Of a stretch of DNA of 64,000 nt, positions 36,787 through 49,790 are shown in pieces. Under the pieces are notes generated by a model. The model did no database searches. It was not told the DNA's origin and was given only the letters and a program-made list of their open reading frames with translations. The translations under genes were made by a program, and so were the position numbers. Position 1 is the first letter of the stretch. Each line of letters starts with the position of its first letter. This stretch comes from Tubulanus polymorphus. Its lineage: Eukaryota; Animalia; Nemertea. The DNA is taken from positions 6,843,950-6,907,949 of the forward strand of contig NC_134026.1 of NCBI RefSeq assembly GCF_964204645.1, read 5' to 3'.

Positions 36787-38273
36787 CTCAGAGATCTAAA
36801 CGTTACCCCTCTAGTTATAGAAATGGCGTAGCACGAAACATTTTTCATCACGCGAAAATCGTAACAATTTCAATGGACGTTTGAACTCTTTTCTGCCCTG
36901 TAATTGATCATGAATAACGATGATACGGCTGAAATTGTTACCTACGCGACGCAAAAATCAACTGTCGGGAACAATAAAATATATATTCAACACCTTCAAA
37001 AAAAACCCACGTTTGTTTCATATATTCGATATGTATATATATATATATATATATAGAAAACCAGGCTTGTAGACAACTCAAACTATATAATCGATATCAT
37101 GAATATTGGGTTTGATTTATCCGTTTACCCGACGACTTTTAAGAGAAAAGTTTAGAATAAAGTAATATCTAATAAAGGGAAATATTTCATTAGAATCCGA
37201 CCCCACATAACCATGTATCGTTCATTGGTTCATTGGTCAATCTTTTCACGTTCGTATTCCTTACATGCATTTGTCATACGATTATAGCTCTGATACATTA
37301 GTCAATCTTTAATTAATCATTCTTAGTTGAAAAACCGAAAAGCAGAATAGTGGAACTGAGTCCTGAATTGTGGATGAAAACTGGATCCAGTTCCACGGTT
37401 TCAGGTAGAATCTTGCATCACAAATGAACAAATTTTGGGTCAAATCTACTCGAAACTATGGAAAAAGATGAATTGTAGATGTAAGGTTACAATACATACA
37501 TGCATTGTAAATGAATATTTTATATCTACTGTTAGGAGCGTTGTATAGAATAGTGTGCTTCAGTAAGTTGGGTGTGATCTAAGTCGAGTCCTTGTCTCAG
37601 GTGTTCCACACTACAATACACCCATTCAACGATACAATCACATCACAAAACGATGTATCATTTTTCACAATTTGATTCCCCATCAAACTCTAATAACATC
37701 TATTATACCATTTGCGTTGCTTGTTCTTCCATTGTCGCCGTAAAAGGCTGCAATTATCTGTGACCATTGTCTGAAGAGCGGGCGCAGTCTCGGACGCCTC
37801 CGGGGGATATAAAGACGGGTTCCTCCGTCTCCTATTTCATCATAATCATTAACCGCTTATGGTAGAGCTTTAATCGAAGCCATTTTACTCACTGTTCGGC
37901 TGCTATCGGCAACATCCGTCAGAAGAACGGCACTCACTTTTCGATCATCTCAAATTTTTGATCGTTCCCGTTTTTTATCTCGTCAACATCTCAAAAACGG
38001 TTGCTATGGTTATCGATATAATATGAAGCTCGGCTGTGGAGAGTGTACGGTACGGGTGTTATTGTGTTTGGTCGCTTAATCGCTTCGAGCTGAAAACAAC
38101 TTGGTCGTTTCGGGTTCGTGCGGATTGGATTATCATAATTATTAATAGGATCAGTCGGCGTCAATACGGGATTTATTGAAAAACACGTTTTTTTCTGTGC
38201 ATTAGAAATACCGCCATAACTCATCACCTTGGTCAACACTGGGTGGCTTTTGGGTATAATGGATTTACAGGTG

Positions 38274-38620
38274 GCCCCATCCTCCCCGGGCAGGGATTCG
38301 AACCTGATGGCATCGCAACACTCTGCCACGGCACGAACTCTGCCACAGTAGACCGGGTGCGCAGGTACATGCACAGCTTTGCCGCACAAAAACTGGTGGC
38401 ACCAATCAGATTGTTCGTTGTATAATCACTGAGGGAAATTTGACGGAAGAACCATGAATGGGAAAACCCGGGCTAAAATGAAACGGGATATCTGATTGGC
38501 TAATAATGACATCATGTAAGCTACGCATGTAGCTGCGCAATCGGTCTAGTGTGGCAGGGTTTCGTACCGTGGCAATCTCGATACCATCAGGTTCGAATCC
38601 CTTCCGGGGGAGGATGAGGC
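38274..38620 (+). mobile_element. MITE with ~105-bp imperfect TIRs containing tRNA B-box-like GGTTCGAATCCC
   Basis: 38274-38380 is the approximate reverse complement of 38518-38620; second copy at 4748-5052. Confidence 0.82.
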
Positions 38621-39273
38621 GGAAGCCACATTTATCTCCTCTGAATCTATTTGGTCTCCTCTAGTGGTTCACTGGGGCACCTCTGGGTGAGGTATAATTG
38701 GGGTGCCGAGCCTAAGTCTTCTCGCAGAGATCTTCAAATCCTAAATCGATTCAATACCAATTAAATATATGGATAAAGACAATGACGGATCCAGTTTGAG
38801 CTAGGATTCTACTCAAGAGCTAACTCATCGAAAATCTTTCACTTAAGGGCTCTATCTCACAACCGTGGAACTGAGTCCAGAACTTTCATCAAACGGCATC
38901 AAAACTAAATGATTTGTTTCAATTAGATTTTATTTTTCTATTCACAGTTGTTTTCAATATATTCATATTCGTTCATTTTATTTGTTAATTTATTCATTTA
39001 TTTACAGAAACACGAATTTTGTCATATTTTTGTTTTTAATGTAATTACAATTTTATAATAATTCGTCATGATAAAGAAGAAAGAAGAAAGAGAGAGAGAG
39101 AATACTGCTGTAATCGAGGAGTATCTTACATTATTACAAATCATCATTAGACGGATATAATTTATATTACATGACTATAAGTAATTACATATATAAATAA
39201 TAATCCAGGAGTAACGTTATGACAAGTCACGCAATGTGTAATAATCCTTGGAGTACGATTATTGCAAGGTTAA

Positions 39274-39479
39274 TCCGTCGAAACCCTCGCCTGTCAGTCG
39301 ACAGTCCCCGGACATCCGTCCAAACCCTCGATTGACCGTCGACAGTACCCGGACACCCGTCGAAACCCTCGACAGATAGTCGACATACCCGGACACCTGT
39401 CCAAACCCTCGACTGACAGCCCCGGTCACTAGTCTATACCCTCGACTGACAGTCTACAGCCCCGGACACCCGTCCAAAC
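39274..39479. repeat. Minisatellite, ~41-bp unit, about 5 copies
   Basis: Unit ccgtc(g/c)aaaccctcgactgacagtcgacagtacccggaca. Confidence 0.88.
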
Positions 39480-40768
39480 AGATATAAATGATAATCGGGA
39501 AAGGTAAGAAATAATCAGGGGAATATAGGGAACACCTTATCGAGAAACATAGAAATATCATATATAAATCACAAGTGAAAAATAAAACCAACTAAAGATT
39601 TTCTTTTTTTCAAAAGTTTCACTGCGACAGCGACTCACTGTTAATTCAGCCCAACATATATTGTATGATGTCACCAGTGACAGATAGAGATACCCCTCCC
39701 CCTCTCCCTCCTCTCCCTCCCCCTCTTCCCTTCCACAACGGAACATAAAGCCCACATTTTAAGTTAAACGAACTACTAACAAAAACATGTATATATACAC
39801 ATAGTCCTATATACAAATTTTACAAATGACTAGATTGATAATGAATTAATGATTTCTGTCGATTCGTTTTTAAACGAATGGAATTGATATGGTTAAACCA
39901 TAGTAATCGTCTTGATAATCTATCGTAGAAACTGTGTCCCCAGGGCTTGTTATATACATCGCGATAAGTTGAAATACGTGTTTTCTTTGGATTCCAATAT
40001 AATGTTATAGATTTCGAAGCAGTCTTTCATTATAGGATTCCGCAATCTGCTTCGTTCATTGATTTTGTTTAAAAACTTTTCTATGAAAATAGAATCATAT
40101 CACATCAAATCAGATACGTACTCCTCTAAACCAAAGAAATTTTAGTTTAAGAACACGTACGTGGGAGTGAGATGAAGGGAACTTAATCGGAATTCCCAAT
40201 CGTTTGAGCTGTTAATTTCAACACCTAAACCAATCCCTATCTGGATGTCCAGCTCTTAGAACACGTCATTGAATTATCACGTATTTACGTAAGTTTCAGA
40301 CGAACAGATTACATAAATATCTGAATCCGCGCGCTACGGAAAAATAACTTAATCATGACAATATCTACCGATAAAAAGACTAATATTGCATGACTTGTCA
40401 TAAACTATTTACTGCTTTACTCTTCACAGGGGTGACGAGATCACTACAATCTATATTATCAAATTTGAGCATTTTACCAGGTCTTCATTGTTTTTTTTTT
40501 CATAATTATAAATTAAATGATTATCTAGAATCCACATTTATTTTCACGTATAAAAGCGACGATTAGCAATCGCTCTTTTATTAAACATAACACGAACATA
40601 GTCAGTCAAACACACAACGTTCGCTTCGAGACAAAAACGTTTGATTTTAGCACAATAAATCATTTTTAAACACCGTATAACAAAAAAGGTCTCCGTCTTC
40701 GTATATTTTAAATAATATCTTTGGCATATAATTTATTATCATAGTTATTTTCGGACTTACATTTACGA

Positions 40769-41521
<753 letters not shown>

Positions 41522-43763
41522 TTAAATATACAAGATTTTGAAAGATCTATCAAAGTCAAAGTTATTTAGAGACACGACTTTTCGGACTCTTTCTCTTCAG
41601 ACCAGTCAGGTGTGAAATACATTAAGTCATGGGTATCTATATTCAGGGTTGAACTGACCAATTGGGCTTTAATTATTTCTTTCCACCTGACGATGGACAT
41701 CCGAATAAGCGTCTATACTATTTAGGTAAAAATTCAATTGTTTTTTCGTTAAAATGTCCTAATATCTACTTCAGTTGGTCTGCTATTTTTTCGTTATTTA
41801 ATGTGAGAAGGTTAAGACGGATAGGTCCACTTTTAGGAATACACTTTGTAAGTTTATTTCATGTTTTTCATTTCCACAGCTGAAAAACTTTTCAATCAAT
41901 TCTCTGCGTCTCCTGTATTTCGCTATTACAATAAAGAAAATTTGCGTGAAACCACGCATAATTTCTTTATCATATGATATATAATTTCTAAATGCAAAAT
42001 GAATTTTACAGTATTATGATTTACTAATGATAGGCAAACTTCCTTAGTCATTAAAAGAGATAAGGTTAAGACCAGTGAAATCTATGCTAGGGTACGAATT
42101 TATGAGTCTTCTTTGTGAAGTCTGAATACTACGGTAATGACGTTTAATTTATCCGAAGTCTATCGGGGATCAATAGCTCGAAGGCGCTATCACTGATCTA
42201 TTATATCTAATTTGTACCGAATTCGATATTGTAAATTAACTTGACGAGGTCTATATTATCGATTGCGGGCGAATTCATTTATCGCAATTTACTCTAGAAG
42301 AAACTGATGAAATTTATAAACAATCCACTGCAGGTTGATTTAACAGCTCCGATACCAAAACAGCGGTTGATAGAAACAGTTTTGTATTTGTTAACGCATC
42401 TACCATAACAACACAATGAAATCAATTAAGACAATTAGCAGTCTGTTGTATACACAAAACCCTTAATATTTAAGCTAATATATATGTTACATTGACATTT
42501 CGGATATACTTTTATCCATCTTCAGTTATCTATTTGAAAAAGTTTTCACGCTATAAGCTTTTTTTTATGAATATCTGATTTATTTTCAAAAGTTCTTTTT
42601 CAAATATATCTGCGAAGGGTGGAAGCATTCAACTTGAAACGTCAGTTTATTTAATTTTCAGTTTTCGATCTTCAATATAATCGGTCGTTTGATAATACAA
42701 GAACAAAATATTTGCTGTCATGCAGTTGAAGCCTTGAAAACTAATGAATCGTTTTCATTTATCACGGTAGCAAATTGGTCAATTTATTTCGTTGAAAATC
42801 TCTCGAATTTCCACATCGAATTGATACCCAAAAATGTATAATTCTGATGCGGAAATCTTGTATAGAAAGGTTAACCATTTTAAGCGGGGGGGGGGGGGAT
42901 GAATGATTCCGGGCAAAATAGACATGAGTTCAAATTACCGATTTGATAACGATATGAAATCATTGGAATTGAAATTCGAATCTGTTCGTCTCAGGGCTGC
43001 GAGAGAGAGAGAGCGCTTAGCGAAACCGAGGCAAATGACATCCACAAATATTAGAATTGATTTTTAACGAATCGCCTCAAGCAGTATTCCCCAAACTATA
43101 AATTACTCAGACATATTACTCAATTTACCGAAATATTAATTTTGTCATATACAATTCTCCTTTGTTTATCGACGTCTCATTCAACGATTTTCGCATGAAA
43201 TACAATTTACCTAATTGCTAATTACCTACGCGTAATTATGCTTTATTCTACCACCGATAACGGCTTTTCAAAATTCGAAAATAACTCGTATTTCTTTGCG
43301 CGTTCGTTCGCTGTGACACGAACCGTCGACGCGACAGAAAAGACGCACAAAAGAACGTTACAAATATTTGTGTCCATAGACAGGTGACTGCTTGAAAAAA
43401 CCACAAAACAAACTAAGAGAGTGGCGACGATTAGTCTTAATTCTATGAGGCATTTTCGTAACTAAAATTTTTCTTCAAATTCGTTTAAGTGATATCATAT
43501 ATATTTAGTCATAACTGAGGCTGGATAATGTTATTTTGCAGGTTGTCCTGGTAAGGGAAATGCTTGAATGTATTTAGGAGGGTTTTACTGAACATTTTCT
43601 CACGCCAAAAGGCCACAATATTTGAGAAAAAACCCAAAATGAATTACTGAGCGAGTTTTGACATTTCGACTCAATTCTATCAGTTTTTAAAACCGCTCTC
43701 TTAGTTTTCTTCAATGTAGAACATATTTTTTTTGTAGTTATGATGATTACAAAGAATACTTAC

Positions 43764-44160
43764 GATCGAAGGGTAATTGTAGATAGGGGTTCGGATGAAA
43801 CCACGGGTACCACGGTGTAGGTTTACCAGGAAGGTGTCGGGTCGCTTCTAGATACTGAGCGTGAAGAGCTGAATGAAGTCCCGGGTGTAACGCCAAACCA
43901 GCCGCCGCGGCCGCCGTCTCCACCTTTAACGGGTTAAATCTTTCCGCCCGATCCGATTCTGAATCTTTTATCGGCGATATTTTCTCGCGATGGTGATGAT
44001 GATCAGGTTTACTCAAAATCGAACTGATCGAAAACGACGATTTCGCCGTTGACGCCGGTTTCTGCGGCGTTGTCGGCGATATTTTGAGCGCCGATTTTGT
44101 CGTATCCGTCCCGACCGGGGTGGGACTGTGTCCTCTTTTACTATCACTAGAATCCGACAT
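43764..44160 (-). CDS. Hmx: Hmx/NK5 exon 1 (eh1 Groucho-binding motif); spliced CDS 1047 nt, 348 aa
   Basis: ATG at 44160; eh1 SSFSISSILS; PWYPW motif; donor C|GTAAGT at 43764/43763, phase 1, joins exon 2 in frame (FD-R-PPQP). Confidence 0.93.
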
Positions 44161-44334
44161 ATTCCGCTTGACCACCAGCGTGTAGAGTTATCGAGAGAAA
44201 GTTCTGACTAGTCAAATGTAGTCTCTATTAAATCAAATATCTAGTCCGCAATTTTTCAAAGTTTATAGTCCTGAGATTATGAAATCATCTGCTATCTCAG
44301 TTGATTTGTTGTTAGTCGGTGTGCAGTTGTTGCA

Positions 44335-44545
44335 ATAAATGACTCTTGTTGACACCTGGTATTTAAACAACCCACTCGAAGCAGCGAGTTGTCCACGAGT
44401 TTTGTGTCGTGTCTATTAAAACTACCCTAAAATACGTCGGCGATGATTTGTCAACTCGGGTGACGATTGGTTACAGGTAAGTAGCCGCTCATGAAGCCAC
44501 GCCCATTCAATTACGTTCAATAGAAAAGCGACTGTCGTGATTGGA
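44335..44545 (-). promoter_or_regulatory. Putative Hmx core promoter
   Basis: Minus strand: CCAATC at 44544-44539 and 44470-44465, GGGCGTGGC Sp/KLF box at 44504-44496, TTTAAATA at 44367-44360, Inr-like TCATTT with its A at 44340. Confidence 0.6.
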
Positions 44546-44746
44546 TGAATGGCTTCTATTCGTCGTTCTAACCACCTGAGTCTATTACGGGCTATTCACT
44601 TCAAATTATCTTCTCTCGTTTACTGGAAAACGACTATCCTTTTGATTTATTGTCGTTTATATCATACGTATGTTTATAGATTCATTCAAATATATAGGCC
44701 TATAATGTAAAATCCATGCAAATTCAGAATGGAGAATATGAGTTTG

Positions 44747-45173
44747 AAATGTTTCCTTGAGCTAATAGTTATTTCGACGTTTCGACTTTATCTTAATTTA
44801 GTCATCTTCAGGAATATTACTTTGGAGACCATTTTGACGAGTCCCTGTTGTTAAGATGATATAAAATCGCTGCACACTAAAAGTAAAAACGGTCTTAATC
44901 ATTGAATTCATCTTAAGCAATACTATAGTTTCATGACTCAATTATCAGATATATATGTAATCCAGAACAAAGAGACTAATCATGAAGCAGTTACAAACTA
45001 AACAAAGCTAAAGCAGAGCCAGTAAATTTCTGACTTCATTTTCATTCTTGTATGCAGGGATTTCATACTATCTTGACAACACGCACTCGGGGTGTTTCGA
45101 TCCCCGAAAAACTTATTCCTGAAGATGTCTATTAAGGCAACTTTGGATAAACTACTAGCTCAAGGACAAATTT
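44747..45173. mobile_element. Penelope-like element remnant with inverted terminal copies
   Basis: aaatgtttccttgagctaatagtt...catcttcaggaata is mirrored by tattcctgaagatg...actactagctcaaggacaaattt. Confidence 0.6.
44770..44816 (-). ncRNA. Minimal type I hammerhead ribozyme motif (Penelope-type)
   Basis: Minus strand UAUUC-CUGAAGA-U-GACU[12 nt]AGUC-GAAAC-GUC-GAAAUA: intact core, 4-bp stem II, GUC cleavage triplet, palindromic ACGU stem III. Confidence 0.75.
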
Positions 45174-48100
45174 AGGACTCTTCTTTTATTGTTAGCGTGC
45201 TGTGATTTCATATTTTCTTTACAACACGGACTCCGAGTGTTTCATCGATGGCCGCCATGAAATACATGTGTTTAAATTGGAAAACAGTTTGTAACTACTT
45301 AAAAAAAATAACACGCTGTCTCTACATACACGGTATGATCTTCTGCTTATGAGTAAATTGGGTATATATTATCTATTGACTGGAGGCAGAGCCGCGGGAT
45401 TTGAAATGAATACACGACAAGCGAAAAAGCGCTGGCAGTGGAATAGTTGTGTCTCGCAGCTATCTAATATAAAACCACTATTAGAAGTAGATACTGATTT
45501 ATCATTATATTGTATCGCATTGCCCGCGGGGCACCCTCGCAATTCTTTACAACGGCATTTTTTTCTTCTTTAGCAAAACTGGTTGGTGTTGGCAGTGTAG
45601 TTTACTGAGTGTAACTAGCAGCATCAAACAAGGCCTCGCAATCAGCGGCGTGTAGGAAATTTGAAACTGTCTATTGAACGATTCTTGATGAGGCCCTTCA
45701 AGCGATTTTAATAAACTAACTTAACTAAACCAGACAAGTGATTCTATATATATATATGTATATGTATATATGTACACGCGCACGAGTTGTATATTGATAT
45801 GGATACGATTCAGAAACCAGTTTTTATGAAAATGATATGTTGAACGTAGTCGTCTGACTATTATCGCGAATTAAAAAAAGAATCCCAACTACAACCGCCC
45901 GCCGACACACAAACGACGAAAAGATTACAAAATCAATTTTAAATCGAGTGTCTGTCTAGCTTATTATTTCTCTTTCTCTCTCGACAGAGAGAACAACAAA
46001 GGATTTTGACAAACGGAACATAAAGAATTTCGTTAAAAATGTAATAATTCGTTAGAAAAATTCATTGATTTCGACGTTCTATTGAATAGATATCACATTT
46101 TCAAATCAAATGATTTACAAGAAATCATATTAACATGTACCTTAGATAGACACATTTTCAGAGAGAGAGTGAGAGATTTACAAAAAAAATCATTGTTCGA
46201 AATTTTTGGTTCTATTAATGATTAATTCGATTTATTTTAATTCTATGCACAACGTCTTAGATGCTTATTGGCGCTGGATACAAGTTCGTAGTATAATCAT
46301 AATAGAAAAACTGCCTGCTCCAAAGAAAAGACAATATACCTTATAACCAAAACTATACCCCATCCAAAACAATCAAGCATTTATCCAACTTATTTGCAAA
46401 TTTATGACGATGTGAGTCGAGTAGATACACAATGTCCGTGTTGAATGAATATTAGAAAGAAATCACACAATAAATTCAGTATAAGGTTAGTGTATAGACG
46501 TCTGATGATGGCTGATAGTCTTTAGCCGAAAATCAGAAAATGAACCTTCATTGTAAAATTCATATAACTATCCTTCGTCCATATCTCCATATTCCGCAGT
46601 CCTCAGTACTCTGCCATCTGAAAAATCATTTTGTAAGATTATATTTCCCATCAGACCAGTTTGTATTATCATCATTATTATTATCTTTATCGCTCCATAT
46701 TTTCACAAAATTTCGAGCACAGAAAAAGAAATACATTATTATCACATACACGTATATTACACACATAACAGCATTACAGGGGTTCGGATTAAAAATTTAC
46801 TTCGAGTTGATAAAGCTCATTCAGTTTGTACGACTGCGATAAAATACGAATTATCTATTTTATATTATATTTATATCTATTCAAGAACTGTTCTTCTTTG
46901 GCTGAATTTATTGCGGCATTTCTCTCTAATATCTGTTGTATTCTATGAGCTCAGTTACATCGAACTCATGCTGATTGATAATTAATGCGTGATATTCATA
47001 TGAAATAGATATGATTAGGAAATGCGCTGATGTTTAATTACTAATTCATCAAACATTATTCGTGATATTTCACTATCGGACGAATTCATCTTTAAATCAC
47101 GTACGTTCTACGTTAATCAATACAACTATCTATACCGTTAACTAGTACTGTATGTACTACGCAATAATGAAAGGTTTGCTGCAATACGATGTCGCTCATT
47201 AATATATCTGTGCAATTAAGTGTGATATGTTAATCACGTCGAGAACGCTGCGTTAATTATCAGTGATTAGTTTTAAAGACGTTGCTCGTTATCTGCGTCT
47301 AATGCTGCGGCAGCATTGTCTCGCCGCTGATGCTAGGTAACAGCGTGTCCGCTGACAGTCACATGGCAACCAACAGCTGGCCGCCGACCGATCTATATCT
47401 CCACTTCTCGCCAATCGACGTCCACAAGTTTAAAGAGTTTATTCTTAAACGTTTTGAAGACATTTTATGAATGTCATATACAAGCAATGTAATACTTAAA
47501 CAAATAAAGAAATATCAAATTAAGGCATAAATACGGAGCAGGCGCCTGTAAAGTGGCTTGTGGCTTAAGTGGTGTTTAATCTGTTTTCATAAAGGACAAG
47601 TCGAACTTAACCGTTTTAAGCTTTGGATTTCTCATCAAACTCCACCATGGTTAACTTAAACCAATCTTAATTGTTACTTTGCTAATTATACACCGCGGAT
47701 TTACATCAATCGGTTTTTGAGCAAGGTGACCCCTGGGATATGATAATTTGTATATGCAAAATACCCGTAGTCAGTTCTATAGACCAAACTCAAATACCTG
47801 GCAGGGTTAACTTAACTAATACTCTACTGAGTTATCAACCCTTAAGGGCTAAAATTGAGACTTGTCTCTAAAACCGTCCCTTGGTATTACTGACAAGCAT
47901 CAACACAACAACAGCGAGACTTTATAATAGAGACAATGTCTGATTTGTGGTGACACGTTCTAGGCAGCCGGTCCACCGTATAGAAGACCCGTCGTGAATC
48001 GAAATTCTATCCCTGACCAACGTCCGAAACAAAATTGTATCCATAATTATGCGGCTATAGTTTTGGAAAACAACGAAATCAAATGAAAGTATTGAATAAC

Positions 48101-49379
48101 AAACAATCTTCCGAATAATGGACGCGATTTCAAATCGTATCTTCATGATCTGTGTAATTATGCGGTAGCCAGAGACATCAGACGACTTTCTCTTAGTAAC
48201 CAGCGACTGAATATATCATACATATCTCAATTATCAATATCATATTAAATATCATCGATACGGAGCGTCAGAAAATATCAAATATCAAATAGGCCTACGT
48301 GATACCTGTGCGAGAGAGCTGTATGGAATTGAAATGCTTCAGGCTGTACGCATAAAGGCAATAGATCAATTTACTTTGATTTTCATTGCAATTGTCGAAA
48401 CGTATTTTGTACTAGAGCAAAAACAAAGGACTAGTTGTGAATTAGAGTTGAATTAGTTAGTTTTCAATTACATTTCGGATATTCTAAAACTTTAAATTCC
48501 AGCTCCACAGTATTTATAGGTTGATTGATTCCGAGTGAAAATCAGTTCATTTTCAATGTTTCCAAGGCCTGCAAAAAGTTAATAACTAGAAAGGTGATGA
48601 CAAAAGGTCTGTAGTCACCCCTGTCACCCCTGTATTTGTTTATCTTTTTTTCAAAGTCAGTTGTGAAAATCTTATAAAAAGGCTTAATAGATTTAGGCGC
48701 AAAGTTATAGATTAAAAGACCACGCCGATAGAGTCGATTGTGATTTCTTTTACTGTAATTTGTCCGTTTGTGTCATGGTGTAAAAAGTCCGTTGTTACCA
48801 CTGTATTTATAAGTACTCAGTTTCAAAAGTTGTTTAAGTCTGACATGCCCCTTATCGGCATCTGGTCCCCGACATTAAGAGCCATTTCTGAAAACACATC
48901 GAAGGTTCACTCCGGTCTTTTGCGCCGCTGACATCGGGGTGTAATTTTAACACAAGCATTTCCAGTAAATCCTGATCCGCTAGACGAGGTTGGGAAATGG
49001 CGCGTGGCTTTATTCAACTCGCTCCTGCACTAATCGACATTTCCAGACCAACGCAAACAGAATCGCTGATCCTGACAAAAAAAGACGTTGTTAATATTTT
49101 GCAGAAAATCTGCAGTCTTTTCCAGGTGCAAAAATATTGATCATCTCTTCATGTCTAATCCCCGCAATGGAAGAAGCAATATCCAACAAGTTATTACACT
49201 GAAGACCGACACCAAAGAAAAATAGAAACCATCCACGATCTTACAATTCTGAATTTTTATTGTATACTTCATCTACATTCAAACTCGGCTATGTCGTCAT
49301 TTAGACATCTCGATTTTCATTCCTTATTAGTGTATTTGTAATTAAACGTACTAAAATTTTAAGGATGAGGATATATCAT

Positions 49380-49790
49380 TCGGATAAGCAGTCACATTAC
49401 TGAAATCGTCTTTATTCTTGGGTCCTAATTTGTATGCGCAATTCATTTTACTCATTGTCGCCACATTACTGACGTCATCTTCATTTTAGTGCCAATTTGT
49501 ATTTCCAAATCAGTTTCCTAAGTCTTAATTTGGATAAGTCGTCACATTACTGACATTGTGTCTATTTTTAAGTTCCAATTCAAATTTCCAATTCAATTTG
49601 CAAAGTGTAAGTCGTCACTGAAGTCATCTTTTACAATTTTTTGTCCTAATTTGTATTTCTAAGTATAAGTCAGGATTTGGATAAGTCGTCACACTGCTGA
49701 AGTCGTCCCTATTTTACTATCATTTTTCCAATTCAACTAACTATGTGTAAGTCTTCATTTGGATAAATCGTCAGCATAATGATCATCACA
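49380..49790. repeat. Degenerate ~70-bp tandem repeat (ggataagtcgtcacattactgaagtc...)
   Basis: About 6 recurrences of taagtcgtcac/cacattactga. Confidence 0.75.

Noticed and set aside
37991-38425. 132-aa ORF similar to sequence near 4.9 kb
   Set aside because: The similarity comes from the shared MITE; no transposase motifs.
44161-44175. Upstream non-ATG start for Hmx given by the ORF track (also the 41431 start for exon 2)
   Set aside because: Prokaryote-style start calls; the ATG at 44160 and the splice acceptor at 41419 explain the gene.
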